The notes under the pieces were generated by a model, which was given only the letters and a program-made list of their open reading frames with translations, was not told the DNA's origin and ran no database searches. A stretch of DNA of 64,000 nt from Eledone cirrhosa (lineage: Eukaryota): the NCBI GenBank assembly GCA_964016885.1, contig OZ024740.1, forward strand, positions 273,792,001 through 273,856,000. The letters are read 5' to 3'. A program made the translations under genes and the position numbers. Shown piece by piece: positions 1 to 14,334 of this stretch (within the stretch, counting starts at the first letter, position 1; every line of letters starts with the position of its first letter).

Positions 1-669
1 TTTTCCAATTTCTCATCCACGAAAACATATAACTACTCTGTACCTGGTAAAAATGTGAAAAGAATTGTAAAATGTTTGATGCTCATAGAAAATCTAGTTA
101 GACGTTATATCTGCCAATATGATAATATTTATTAATCATCATTTTCATCCCCCTCATCATCATCACTACCACCACCACCATCACCACCACCAGGATTAGT
201 GCCATCATCATCATCTCCACCATCAATATCTGTTTATCTCACACTGACATGTTGGAGTAGAAATAAATTTAATTTCTGTTCAAAGGGTTGATAATAGAAT
301 TAACCAATTATTTTTGTTTAATTTGGAATGTTCTCTTCCGTATATTTACTTCTATTTGGCTTTGATAGCATGTTCATATATTGATTTTTTTTTTACTTAG
401 CACCAGGTCCAATTTTAGCAGAGGGGAATGTATAATTGAATCAATTAAAGACCTAATGAATTGCTTGTGGATATTTTATCGAGCCCAGAAGGAACAATAA
501 ATCATGGTTAGCACCAGTAGGGTTTGAACAGATATGTAGAGGGTGAAATGCAATGTGAGTGTTACATGGCTTTGGTTGAAAGGCTATTCATTGAAATTGT
601 AAAATTTGTAATAGGGATTTACTAGGGAGTGGCATGTTTAATGGATGAAATTAATTACTATTTGAGGGA

Positions 670-910
670 CCAACATCGGTTCCGACAGTGAGACAACGGA
701 ACAGCCTATCCTTCAACTGAACAAGCATGTGACTGTGTATTTCACACATATGTGTACCTTTAATGTAGTTCTCAAAGAGATTCAGTGTTATTGAATGTGT
801 GAAAGGCTGATTGAATCTTTCAATTACAGGTGCAACTCATTTCTTTCCGCTGAGTGAACTAGAGCAGTACAGTGAAAATGAAGTGAAATAAGGAGTCTTG
901 TTCAAGGACT
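670..910 (-). mobile_element. Diverged SINE with Nin-like central domain (octopus-type)
   Basis: Reverse strand contains ctgaatctctttgagaactacattaaaggtacac...ggctgttccgttg, resembling the forward copy at about 35720-35995; family assignment is from recollection. Confidence 0.45.
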
Positions 911-1877
911 GCTAGGAATCTAATTCACGACCATTGAATTAAACAATGCGTGTTTATAATTTATTGGTATAACATTTCCAAAGAATGAAAACACGGTTTC
1001 GAAAAACAGCCGTAAATCAAAATAAATGTTTTCTAAATGTTGTACGTGCTCAGTGAAACCGATAAAAACCCACCCAAACACGACAATGACAAAAAAAACA
1101 AAAAACAAAAAAAAAACAGAGGCTAACTTCCAAGAAGAGGAATTTTGTTGAGCCGAGTTGATAATCTATCAGGAACATACATTGATTAATAACAGGAAGA
1201 TTTGTTGAATTTAAAAAAGGCTTTTAACCATGTATCGTGTACGGCATTGTACACTGGCTCATGAGAAAATATATCCTACTAAGAGTAAATGCCATAGAGT
1301 CATTATATAAACATGCAAAAAAGCGAATTATGTAGGAAATTATCCAAGTAACTAATTTATAAACACACACACACACAAACAGCCACAGACACACAAACAC
1401 ATTCATATACAGCATGTTATATGTATAGGGGTCGGGAGCAGAGCATATGGTGGAATTTAAAATGTTTTAATACTGAAATGGGAAATTGAATTCAAAATGT
1501 GTATATGAATTTCTACCATGACTTCTCGCCGGAGGTGGAGATATGACTTCATTGAGAAGTGGAGAGACACATTGGGGAAGTGGAAAATTAAGGCAACAAT
1601 GAAATAAAAAGTAAAAATTAAAAAGGGAGGTGGGACATTCAAACAAGACTCTAGAGATTGGAAAAAGTGTCAGAACGATTAAAAAGGTTTTTTAGAAGTA
1701 GGTTAGGGTTTTCGTGGCTGGCCACATTTTATCCTTGTATGTTATGGTTCTAGATGGTTCAGGTGCCATGAAAGTGTGGCTCTGTCTCAACGACTTTTAT
1801 CTAAGTTCTGTTCTGGGCAATGGAGCTAAGTCTGGTGTCATGGTTAGATTAGTATTGTTTTTTTAATGGAATACATA

Positions 1878-1947
1878 TACAGGGTGTCCCAAAAATATAT
1901 GCACATTAGAATGCTGTTGAAGTGTGTATACATTTTCTGTGGACACC

Positions 1948-1993
<46 letters not shown>

Positions 1994-2020
1994 TGGGTGT
2001 CCACAGAAAATGTGGACACC

Positions 2021-2025
<5 letters not shown>
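1878..2025. mobile_element. Tiny Tc1/mariner-like MITEs (1880-1950 and 1993-2023) around a (TA)n tract
   Basis: TA-CAGGGTGTCC...GGACACCCTG-TA termini; the second unit begins as the inverted copy of the first unit's right end. Confidence 0.7.
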
Positions 2026-2060
<35 letters not shown>

Positions 2061-2090
2061 AAATGTGTGAAATCTTTGGTACAGTTAGGT

Positions 2091-2391
2091 ATATTTAAAA
2101 AAAGAAAAATAATGACTTCACTTGTAGTTCTAAACAATTCAATTTAATTTCATAATATTATGATTTTACAATTTGATTTTGTAGATCTAGTAAGTTCTTT
2201 GTTAACTTCATCGCCGCCGACAAATGCGAACAATTTTTCCAGGAAAGTTAACCAGGAATCTTTAAAATTCTCCGAAGTTAACAAAGAACTTACTAGATCT
2301 ACAAAACCAAATTGTAAAATCGTAATATTATAAAATTAAATTAAATAGTTTTGAACTACAAGTGAAGTCATTCTTTTCCTTTATATATATA
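2091..2391. repeat. Long inverted repeat (arms about 120 bp, spacer about 64 bp)
   Basis: aatgacttcacttgtagttc...gtagatctagtaagttctttgttaacttc (to 2209) mirrored by gaagttaacaaagaacttactagatctac...gaactacaagtgaagtcatt (from 2274). Confidence 0.9.
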
Positions 2392-5255
2392 TTGTTATAC
2401 TTTGGGAGGGTCATGTTGCCAATAAGAAACATACGCACCAATATAACAATATCGGTTTCAACACACGTTTTCAGATAAAGAATCTTGCTAAACAAATTCA
2501 GAAACGATATATATATATATATATACATGTATGTATATATATATTTGCGTGGGGATAATTTGTCGTTGCGGGTGTGTTGACACTAATTTGTGTAATCGTG
2601 TATTTCTCTACGTGTTTAGTAGATTAGCTATGTCATTTAGGAGGACTTGTTTATATTATTTCATTGGTGGTTTGGGTGTGTAGTATATGTGTTATGTTGT
2701 GAGTCGTATTAGCTTATTGATTTTTCTGTGGTTCTTGTTATCGGTGTTGGCATAACATTTGGTGTATTGTTATATGGGTTATATGCATTTCTTACTGTGT
2801 GAGTATGTATGTGTGTGAGTGCATAATAGTTACAAAGTACCTGAAACTCGGATGTTGTGTACACGTTTGTGGTTGAAGGAAATTTCGTATATTCTATGTC
2901 TGCAATTTGTGAGAAATTAGAATGTTTCGTTTAAGAAAAGTTGATGAACGTGCAATATATGTATAACCTCTTTGGAGCACAGATTGCAAGGTGTGTGGCT
3001 GCCAGTGTAATGCATAGCTATGGTATGAATATCCAATTGCAAAATGAAAGATGTATTCTTTCAAGTATTGCTCGAATGTAGTGTTGTGTGTTTCTGGGCT
3101 GGTTTAAAAAAGCTGCGTTAACGCTGGTAGAATCTAGTTCTTAATTTTCAGACTGTGAGACCTGTGTATGCTTTGTTAGAATTCTCTACGCTTTAAAACA
3201 TCCCTCTACGAATTGCAACCGAATCGGCTAACGAATAAATATTTAGTGAGGAGGTCCTGTACGACATCGTGACCATAAATTAAAGTAGATTTAATGAGCA
3301 GTTTATCACACCTCCTTCCAACCAATAGAGAGCCTAGTATATGATGCCACTACCAAAGAATCACTTCATTCAACCCTCCATAAAAAGTGGTTGTTCTGGA
3401 GCAATGACAAAATATACTCAGTACACTCTATAAAAACGTTTTGCTGGGGCCACAATGAAATGCACCTGGTACGCCATGTAAAGTGGTAAGTAATAGCATC
3501 TGGCTATAGCAATAATGTCAAATATAGAACGTGTGATCAAAATGAGATCACTCTGGCTCATCTAGCCTTGGATTGTGACAACCGGTCCCTCCCAGTCCAG
3601 CATGGAAATTTGACATAAAGAGAATACATAAATATGTGTGTATGTGTTTGTGTTTGTCTGTCTGCGTTTGAAATCTGTGTGTGTGGGAGGGGGGTATCCA
3701 TTTCAAAATTTACAATTCAAAAAGTATCATGGAATGCATATATATGGTACATAGCTTAATATTATATAATACTTATTTTTTTTCATCGATTAAGTATTGA
3801 TGTCTCCAACAACAAATGTCACAGTATTTAATTTCCTATATATTCAGAAATGTTTGACTGAACAAATGTCAGAGCAAACTCATCAATTCATTGATGAGGT
3901 GGTAGTAGCAGCTGTTGTTTACAACCAGGTCAATACTGATGTAGAAGATATATGAGCAAATATGTTCCAGTCATGGCCATCACATATTTCAGTATATCCA
4001 AAACTTAAAATGTTAAAGCCAGAAAGGTGTGATTTCAAAGATATTTCATTTTTATTTTAACAGATCATCAAATAATCCCCTTTAAATTAGGTGTGAAATA
4101 GTTGGAGTTAGAGTTGCATAATATGAACCCTTTGGGGACTATATTTCTAATTAAAAACGGCGCTTATGTGTTTCAATAAATACCTGGAATAATCAACGCA
4201 TTTAAGAAAATAACTGACTTTTTTCATTATAAAGAATGGAGCATTATTTAAAATGTTCTCATACATAATTATATGAAAAGCTTTAATATAATTATGGAAA
4301 TTTTAAAACTGTTAGATTTGTATGATACAACCAGGGGTGGGTTCGGACAAGTAGATATGTGTCAGCAAAATATTCTTACAAGGAAATTAAAATTTATATA
4401 TACGCATTTTAAAATGAGCAGATTTGTATCATAATCCCAGAGGTAGTTATAAGTGAGTGGGTATAAAAAAAAGAAACGTTAAAGTAATATTATCATCATC
4501 ATCATCATTTTCAATTCCACATTTCCATACAGGCATGGGTTGTATGGGATGGTTTACGATAATGCTTTACAGCCAGATACTCTCTCTGATGCCAGCACCT
4601 TCTAAGGAGGGATATGATGTACCTATCCTAAAATTTGGAATAAACACAATAAATATGTTTAGTTTCAGAGATTTTTAAATCGAAGTTTAAATTTAAAGAT
4701 TTTAAAATCTCAGTTTAAAATCCAACCCCATATGCAACAAGTCCAATCATGTTTTGCAAATCTATAAAATATTCGCAAGATTTTTGATTAACAGTGATTC
4801 CGTTGATCTCATATTTTCTCCAACACTTTCTCCATCCAAAATGTCTCTTTCTCAAATTATGAAAATCATTCGTTAGTAAGAATCAATCTATGTAAAATTA
4901 TTCTATTCCATGTATGCCACTTATGAAATATGGAATATGAAAACACATTCTAAGCAAACTACATATATTGCAAGAGCAGAGTTGAATTCCATTTGCAGTT
5001 TCCAAACTAGAAGTTTCAAAATAAAATGGATAACAAGATATAGAAACAGAAATTAAAAGAAAAACTAAAATGACACTAAGTCATATTTTCAAACAGAGAT
5101 GAATATATTTAGAAATTAACAGCTGAGAAACTTAACATATTTCTTAAAAACATTATGTATAAACTTTTATTACTATATGTGTGTATGCATTCAGCCATTT
5201 GCATGAACATACGTGAGTTTACACAAACATAAATATATATATATAAATAAACATA

Positions 5256-5293
<38 letters not shown>

Positions 5294-6312
5294 CCATGTA
5301 TATATATATACCATTTTTGCATGTATTGTGTATGGGATGGGTATAGATATAATGTATGCATGTATGTATGTATATATATTTATATGTTTTTTATTGACTT
5401 GTTTGTCTATATAATTGATCTCCCATAAACATATACAAATAAATATACTAAGCCACCTATATTACAATGATTTATATTCAAATGCATACTCATAAACAGA
5501 ATTACACAAGATAATTTTGCAAATATTCACACACATACCTCAATATCCACCACCCACACACACTAAAATATGTAGTTCCAAGTAAAATATACATATACAC
5601 ACTCAGACTAAACTACACATAGATGCAAAGAAACTTCCACAGTTACACAGTGATTTCCTAAGATGACTGATAGAAAGAATAAACCCATACACTTATACAC
5701 ATACATACACACATACATATATATGTATGTCTCTATATATACATACATAAATACATACATAAATACATACATAAGACACATGAGAAATAGATAAATTTAC
5801 ATGTATAATAACAGCAAAATTATTAACACCTACTACTTTGAAAAAGACATCTGCTACAACTTTTACAACAACAATTATAACACCAAAAAGAAAAGAATAT
5901 TAACTAAAGCTAAGACATATTTTTTTTTTAAAACATAACAAGAATAAAGCAACTATAGTTTAATTTTTGCTTTTTTATTATAATTTTGAAATTATTTTTT
6001 AAAATAATTTTCCAACCAAAGATTTCAATTTTCAAAAGTTTTATTTTTAAAATCCTTGTAAATGTAGTATTTGCTCATTATGCACCCTTCATAGGTTATT
6101 ATTGATCAAAGCATAGCAAGCAAAGAAAAGTGCATATTTAATTATTTTCTATGAACACAAACTTTGCTTTTCTTCAAAGTTTTGATATTTTTGTTGATAT
6201 ACACACACCAAGGATTTTTTAACTCTTTCTATTTTTTTTAAAATTTATTTATCACTTTCTTTATTTTATTTTATTAAAGTTGTTAGTGTTTAACTTCCCT
6301 TGTTTGTTGCAG

Positions 6313-6351
6313 GAAGGAAGTAATGGAAGTAGGTTGGGACAATTAAAGAAA
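6313..6351 (+). CDS. Candidate 39-nt internal exon (EGSNGSRLGQLKK if phase 0)
   Basis: Long T-rich tract, tttaac branch-like motif, cccttgtttgttgcAG acceptor, 13 open codons, GTGAGT donor; no homology support. Confidence 0.3.
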
Positions 6352-6714
6352 GTGAGTGAGAGAGAGAGAGAGAGATTGAGAGATAAAAAGAAAATTTAAA
6401 TATACAAACCCCTGCTGTTAAACTTACAATTAATGATCATACATCTGCTACTACTACCACCACCACTACTAACAGTATTAATATCAGATTCTAATTTGGG
6501 ATTAAGGCCAGCAATTTGAGATTGAAAGAAGGTGACACTATAGAGCCCAATACTTTACAGATACATTATTATCTGAATGATTAAAGACATATATAACTTC
6601 TGTGGGACTTGAACTAAAAATATTTAAAGAACCTGGATAAATAAACATTTATCTGATGCGCTAAAATCTCAGGTAAAACAATAATAATAATAATTATTAT
6701 TATTTCTTCATCAA

Positions 6715-6936
6715 GGGTGGTGGATCAGCATTATTGGTAGAGAGTCAGATGCCATGCTTTGCAGCATAGAGTTACACCTCTTTACGGTCTGAGTTCAAAT
6801 CCTGCCGATGTTAGCTTTGCCTTTCCTCATTACAGGGTCGATAGAATAAAGTACCAGTAATGAATTAGGGTTGATTTGATCGATTTTCCACTCCCCTTAA
6901 AAAATTGCTGGCCTTGTTCCTGAAGTAGAAACAATT
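6715..6936 (+). mobile_element. SINE family A (tRNA head, Meta/MESC-like core)
   Basis: B-box gagttcaaatcc, core gcctttc..gggtcgatagaataaagtaccag, tail ggccttg..agtagaaacaatt. Confidence 0.85.
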
Positions 6937-6937
6937 G

Positions 6938-7625
6938 TTATTTCTTTATTAGCCAATAGGGCCGAAACATAAAGGACAATTAAAAAGATGGGGACTGTGT
7001 GAATTTATATGAAAATGTGTAAAAAAGTGAAACAGGCTAACAATAAGTAAATAACTATAAAATACGTTAATAGGGGGAATATAATGGATTGCTTAGGAAC
7101 CCCAAAGAATCAAATCCACCCTAATCCCCGAGGGCAACATAGGAAGGTTTCCCCACTCCTCTCCGAAAGATCCAGCTTAAAGATGAATGCTCACTACACT
7201 CACCCACCTTTTAACAAATGTACTGTGGTGCAGCACTTCTCCCTTCTCTTTCATCTTCCTTCAAAGGAAAACTGCCGGCCTATCTGTGTTAAAAGAAGGT
7301 AGTGGTGTCATCTTCATGATAGACTCAGTCAATAGCCAGATCCATCCTACATGAAACAACAGTTTTTCAACGTAACACTAGAAACACACCAACTTTGAAT
7401 AAGTGCAAGCAGAACAAGGTCATTGCTCTGCACTAATCTCAAGCAGGTCCATCTGACAGCATTTTCATGTCCCCGATAAGACTGAAATGCCAGAAATTTC
7501 TGAAAATTATCTGTATTCTCTGGGGCTGGTCTTGTAGAACAGACCAGCCAGTTAATTTTTCAACACCCTGTACTTCCTTAGGAAGTCAAACAATCCCACA
7601 ATAAATCCTCTATAGATTGCTCAAA
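6938..7625 (-). mobile_element. Tx1/L1-like LINE 3' fragment
   Basis: Reverse complement matches the 3' part of ORF2 and the 3'UTR (ggctaataaag end) of the element at 14392-19631. Confidence 0.75.
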
Positions 7626-8839
7626 GGCTTAATTTTACTATGTTAAGATTTGTTTAAGTGTGAAATTCATTCAGGTATATACAAATTCAAGAGTTAGAGG
7701 CATTTTTCAATTAATCAGCACCTTCTGAACTAGAGATCAAAATTGTGCCATTAAATGATTTTGTTCATTTTCAGTACCAAACCACACTAAATTTGAAATA
7801 GCATTTTTTTCTTCTAATTTGCTACTAATATATGGTGGTGATGGTAGTGGTAGAGGATATTCTTTTTGTATGGATTTTATTACAAGTGGAATATATTCTA
7901 AACAAGCAAGCAACTCAACAAAAATAAGTCGGAGAGTGAATCTAACAGAATTTGGGAATAACTAAAACCTTTAATTCACCATAATATTGATTCAATACAG
8001 GATTTACCCACTGCAGGAAGGCTGGCGAAAATTACTATCCTTATCTCTTTGCTGTTCAGCGTATAACTAAAGTTTTCATACACCCCAACTCTCATACAAT
8101 ACTGCAGATATTTATTTCTTCAGAAAGTACCTTTATTTTAGTTTAATTGCGTGTGCATGTGAGTGTGTGCATGTGTATGCATTTCATTTTATTGATAGCC
8201 TCAAAGGAAAGAACATTATTAAACACCTCCACAATCATCCTTACCACTAGAACTATCACTATGGTAACAGTTAAGCCCTAACACATTGATTTTTATATAT
8301 ACTTACAAATTGTGATTTGTCTTTATGATAAAATAGAAATAACTTTCAAGATTAATTTTTTATGCAGCTTGACTGATAGGCTGATAATTTCAATAAAAAT
8401 ATCCGACCAGCTTTCATATCAGTTCATTGTTAAATGTTAACCCAGATTTCAAATATATCATGACTGCAGGAGTTTGAGGAATAATCTGCTAAACCCTTTA
8501 TTCATTGCATATCCTTCACATTCAACCAATTTAATTTATACTGTGGTATGAATATTTTAAGGTGTGGCCACAAGCTTTGTGTTTATTCTGTAAAATGATA
8601 AAACAGCTATGCTGTTTGATTTAGACACACAGTATTTCCCTCCTCCTTTTTTTCTTCTGCTTCTTCTTCTTCTCCTTCTAGAAAGAGAGAAATGTAGCAT
8701 TTCCTTTTGCAGGATTTTTTGGCATAATAATTTGTTTTCCTGTGGTCATCACTTTTGGATTTCCACACCCTTGTCAATAAAATCGTCCATTTGCAAAGTT
8801 TATTCTCTAATGTAATGCAGTCAGATTATTCAGCTAATA

Positions 8840-9259
8840 CAGAGGTTGGCAACTTCTTTGCCTCCATGGGCTAGAGTATTAATGACAAATAGAAAGCCAG
8901 AGGAAGGCCATAAAAGAATAATTATGGAAAATTACACAAGCTAAAATTTAATCATGAGTCAACACAACATAATTTGTATTAACCAGAGATAAATGTAGTA
9001 ATGCGATGAATTTTTAACTTTGTTTTTGCTGTCAAAGCGTTCACATCCGGTTGGAGGTGGACATTAGGTAGAGTGAATCAGAAGATTTGTGGTGGAAGAA
9101 TGTAATAGCAGGCTTTTTATTGCATTCGAAAGTCTCGTCTCTCATATTACAATAAATTTAAATTTAAATAAACAACTCATTGGGCATCAGTTCTCGTGGG
9201 CTGGTCAAAATCCCTTCGTGGGCCGGATCTATCCCATGGGTCATAGGTTGCCGATCCTG
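8840..9259. mobile_element. hAT-like MITE
   Basis: Termini CAGAGGTTGGCAAC...GTTGCCGATCCTG with gggccggat-type subterminal motif; TSD poorly conserved. Confidence 0.5.
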
Positions 9260-9871
9260 CTCTAGTATATCATCTGATGCTGGTGATTTTCAGTTGGGAA
9301 TCTTTTTGTTTATTTTGTCACCATGTCAGTATTTATTCCCTCTATATCAGCTCTTAATTCCTTCAACCACTCAACTTCTTTCTCGTAGCCTGTATTACTA
9401 TCTCAGTGGTTTATCCAGAATAACATTCAGCTATTGGTAAACCCCTTTTTGATCCAGCTGGAGCATTTTCTTTCTTATATTCACCTATCTTCTATTCGTG
9501 CCTCTTAATTTTGGTTGCTTTTTTTGCCAACTTATTAAGTTCTTCCAGAAATACCCTTATATTTAATCCTGTATTTATGCTCAAGCTCCTGGTATTTCTC
9601 CTTTAGCCTAACTCCACCTCATTTTATTTTGTCTAGGATGCTGATATCTTTCTTTATTTTCTTAATGAGCTGCTCTATTCTCCCTTTATACTATGGTTCT
9701 TTTCTGTCATAGTTTATTATTTGGTTTGTTTTGAAACCTACTATTCTTCCAATATAAAGGGTGCAGGCTTTGGTTGGGTTGTTTGTTGTTGTTATGTTAT
9801 CTATCCTTATTTCAGATAATAGTCCATTCACATTTTTTGTCCATTCCCTAAACAGTCTTCTGTCAAATCTT

Positions 9872-10085
9872 TTAACTTTTTAGCATTTACATTACCTATA
9901 TATACTATTGTATTTTTGTGGTAAAAACTTAATCTTACCTACTTATATAACATAATATCGATTCTATGAGATGTTGATGTAGTTTATTTTGAGAACAATA
10001 CATTAACATAAGTATGAGTAGCCGGTTACAGATGAATTGAGTAGAAAGGGGTGAGACAATTTTGGCTGGATACAATCATATGTTT
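9872..10085 (+). mobile_element. Degenerate copy of piggyBac-like MITE
   Basis: Colinear with 10224-10433 (ttaactttttagcatttacattac...ggctggatac). Confidence 0.7.
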
Positions 10086-10223
10086 ATCCTCTTAATTTTT
10101 TCCTATTTCCAATAGAAAATCTGTTGCATCTGTTTTTTTTTCTAGTGTTAACCATCTATTCTTCCTAATTATCCTAATTATCCTTGCTTGGCCACACAAC
10201 CTCTGTTTTGTCTCTTTCACACA

Positions 10224-10433
10224 TTAACCCTTTAGCATTTACATTACTCTATATAGATTATTGTATTTTCACATAATTATCTCACATAATATTAAATCTA
10301 TGAGATTTTGATGTTATTTATTTTAAGAACAATACTTTAACATCAGTATGAGTGGCCAGTTACAGCCAGTTTCAAGAGAAAGAGGTGAGAGAATTCTGGC
10401 TGGATACGGCCTGTTTAAATGCTAAAGGGTTAA
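10224..10433. mobile_element. piggyBac-like MITE
   Basis: TTAA TSD on both sides with 14-bp TIR CCCTTTAGCATTTA/TAAATGCTAAAGGG. Confidence 0.85.
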
Positions 10434-10907
10434 ATATTATTCCAGATTTCATGCATTATTCTCTGGAAACCCCTTATTGGCTTCCGTTCATCATTAAATG
10501 GTCTACTTAAATAAAAGCACTCCATGACAGCTATGTTCATTCAATTTGTCCATTCAGTTCTATCAACTGGGCCCATATTGCTCATTCATGGAACACCTGC
10601 CGGGTGAGATGCCTTCACATAATGTTCCAGTCCCGATTCACACGATTAATTTCAGTATTGTTTAGTTTCATTACACACATTTAGAGGAAGGGTGGGGATG
10701 AGATGCCACAACCACCACTGTTATTTTTTTTTTTTTTTTACACCATCTCCAGAGAGTTTCCTTAAACAGAATCAAAGAGACCCTTCTAACCTTAAAATTG
10801 AAGTGGGCTACGCTGTGCTGGACACCAATCTAGTACTTATAACACTGCAGTATTGGATTATGCCATACTGGACATTTTCCCAGCATTTCAGACACTGCAG
10901 TCAGAAA

Positions 10908-10954
10908 TATTATTATTATTAACTATTATTATTATTAACTATTATTATTATTAT
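10908..10954. repeat. (TAT)n/(TAA)n microsatellite at 3' end of Dong-like LINE
   Basis: tattattatt... runs directly abutting the element. Confidence 0.95.
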
Positions 10955-13900
10955 TCTTTGAGACTCAGTCATTGATGTTATTTAACTGGAAAGTTTGTTG
11001 AAATGAATATCAAGCCGCTACCTGCAGCCTCAGATATTCAGGACGTATCGGAGGGTTCTTGCTGTTCCCAGCAAGCATGCCTTATGAAGTGTTCCAAAAA
11101 GTGGAGCTGGACTAATCTTCTTTAACCATCCTTGTAAACTCTTTGAGATAGTACCTAGTGCGCATATGATAATCGGGACGACCTTGATTTCATGGCAGTT
11201 CCAAATCCTTTTTAACTCACACTTAAAGTCCTGGTATCGGTTAATTTTCTCCCTCTCCTTCTCTTGCACTCTCGTATAAAATGGGCAGGCTACATCTACA
11301 ATCAGGCACGATCTTTTTTCCTTGTCCAAAACCACCAGGTCAGGCCTATTATGTTCTAATTTCTTGTCCGTCTGTATCCTAAAATCCTACAGCACCTTCA
11401 CCTGATCGTTTTCTATCACCGACTCTGGCTTATGCTCATACCACTTCTCAGAATGTGGTAAATTGTTTACTTTGCATAGGTGCCAAAGGATCACCCTGCC
11501 CATCACATCATGTCTCCAGCCTTTATAGTGAGTCTGGGCTAGGTGTTTACACTCGGATACAATGTGAGCCACAGTCTCCTCTCTCTCTCCACAGATCCTA
11601 CACAGTGGGCTAGTCTCCTCCTTGTAAATATGGTGTTTCACCCACTTCGTTCTGAGGGCCTGCTCTTGCGCAGCCACTAGCATTCCTTATGTAGCCTTTT
11701 TAAGGTCTCCTCTTTTTAACCAGTTCCATGTCTGTGGATCTCTAAATTCAGTTTTCCTAAAGAAGGTACTATGAAGGGATTTGTTATGAAGGTTGCTCTT
11801 CCTCCTTGTTGTTATTTGCTTCTTGGACATCCCTGGTCTATTGTCCCCTCCTTCAGTATAATTCTAAGCATTGGCTCCTTACTGTCAGTCACGTATTTGT
11901 GCAGGTTGTTTTTCTCCAGCTGAACACAATCTTCTATGGTGATAAGACCTCTTCTACCTTCAGATCTCTTTAAGTAGAATCTATCGACATCACTCCTCTT
12001 GTGGAGCATGTTGTAGATAGTCAATAGCTTCCTAGTCTTCCTATCCATTTCTTTTTGTTCAGCCACATTTCATCTCAGAATTCCCGCACAGTACCTAATA
12101 ATCGACACAGCTTGGGAATTTACTGCACTTATGGCATTCCTACTATTTAGATGTGACTTTAATACGCTCCTTACTCTCCTAATGTACTCAGATCTTATCG
12201 ATTCCTTCATTTTTTGGTTCTTAATGTCATCTGCCTCCAGAACACCTAAATATTTGTATCCTTCTTCAGTGTCAATTTCTTTTATCATCTCACCTGTTGG
12301 TACCTGGATTCCGTTAATTCTGCTCAATTTACCCCACTTCATCACTAGGATTCCACACTTATTAATACCAAATTGCATACATATATCATTGCTGAAAATG
12401 CAGACAGTGTCAACAAGTACGTGCAACTACTTCTCAATCTTCCCAAAGAGTTTAAGATCGTCCATGAAGAGGAAGTGGTTGATGGTAAGCTCTCCTTTTC
12501 CCAACATGTATCCTGGTCTCACTTTTCGCAGTATAACGGGCAGGGGTATCAGGGCAAGGACAAACAACAGAGGGGACAAACTATCTCCCTGGAAGATACC
12601 TCTCTTGATCTTCACACCTCCTAAGGATTCTCCACACGATGTTAACTCTGTTTCCAGGATTTCATACTTTTGATCAACAACTGTCTGATGTCATCTGCCA
12701 CCTTGAAGATCTCTAGGCTTTTGGTTATCCAAGAATGAGGTCCCATGTCAAATCCCTTTTTGTAATCTATCCATCCCATGGCAAGACCGGTGTGTCTCCT
12801 CTTGCAATTCCTCATTACCATCTTATCAATAAGTAACTGGTCTTTTGTACCACGGGACTTCTTTCGGCATCCTTTCTGTTCGTCCGGTAATAAGTGGTTT
12901 ACGTGGAGGTGATGGTAGATTTCCTCAGACACAATGCTTGTTAACAGTGTCCACATTACGGACAGACATGTGATAGGTCTATAGTTGGTAACATCATTAC
13001 CTTTGATTAGGTCTTTCATCACCAGAACTGTGGTACCTTTTGTCAACCATTCTGGTACCTCACCCGACATCAAGCAGTCATTGAACATAGGCTGTCAGTT
13101 TCAGGAGGAGGGATGTTACATTTTTAATCCAATACCCCTGCACACCATCTGGGCCTGGTGATTTCCAGTTGATTAATTTTTTGGCCTGCCCTTTAAGAGT
13201 TTCAACTGTGATACTCAAATCAGTTTGTTGGTGTGCTTTTTCACTAATCTCCTTTTGTACTGTCTCAATCCACACTGCCTGATCATTATGTTCAACATCC
13301 TGCTCCCATATTCCTCTCCAGAATGTCTTAGTCTGTTCCGCCTCAGGGATCAAGTCGTTGCCTCTTTCTTTCCATTCAAGCTGTCCAAACAACATCTTCT
13401 GGTTGTTGTCAAACATACGGTTCTGTCTATACTGACTGACTCTGCTCTCTCATACCGCCTAATCTTTGCACTTTTTGCTAAAATGCGTTGCTTCAGTTCC
13501 TCTATGATGATATTTAGCTTTTTCCTCCTAGTTGTGTACTTTATTTCCAGTCTATTTTTAGTGTCTATGTTTTTTAGTGTCCCATTCAGTAGGGACTCAA
13601 GCTTTCCAATATCATTTCTCATTTCCTTGATTTGACCATTCAGTTGTTTCTTTACCAAGGTTCTGATCTTTCTTGTTTGTTGTTTCCCCTCATTTTTATG
13701 CCAAGTAATTCCCTCACCGCATTTGCTTTTGCTTGAGGATATTGTTGCATTGGTGAAGATTCCTCGCCTCAATGTATGGGATAACTTTGTTTACCTTAGC
13801 TGTTGTTTCTTTTAACTTTTTCCTGTCTACAAATCTTAGGTTCATAGGTTTCCCACTATCATTGTTCATTTCAACCAAATCTTGTCCTAACTTGTCAGTA

Positions 13901-14100
13901 TCTTGGCCGTATCTTTGTTCCAGATGTTATTTATTTCAGCATTCAGATCATTGTCTGCTTCGGATGCTTCCTCCGTTCTCTCAACCTCTTCACCTTCATC
14001 TCCCACTGGCTCGTTTGTCTGGCATACTCCACTCTCCATTTCTAACCTAATCTATCTGCTCAGTTCCTCCAGTTGCAACTCGCTTATCCATCCAAGTTTG
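10955..14100 (-). mobile_element. R4/Dong-like RLE non-LTR retrotransposon, 5'-truncated, ORF disrupted
   Basis: Fragmented ORF: [40 protein letters not shown] (RT); CRICGEREETVAHIVSEC zinc motif; PD..IVDVACP..EKINRYQD restriction-like endonuclease; sits in (TAA)n as Dong elements do. Confidence 0.92.
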
Positions 14101-14334
14101 TTTAAATGAATAACAAGCCGCTACCTGCAGCCTCAGATATTCAGGACGTATCGGAGTGTTCTTGCTGTTCCCAGCAAGCATGACTTTTGAAGTGTTCCAA
14201 AAAGCATCCTTGTAAACTCTTTGAGATAGTACCTAGTGCGCATATAATAATCGGGACAATCTTGACTTCATGGCAGTTCCAAATCCTTTTTACCTCCCAC
14301 TTTAAGTCTTGGTATCGGTTAATTTCCTCCTTTC

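Noticed and set aside
1640-1845. Possible LINE C-terminal zinc motif remnant on the minus strand (VETEPHFHGT)
   Set aside because: Too degenerate to support by eye
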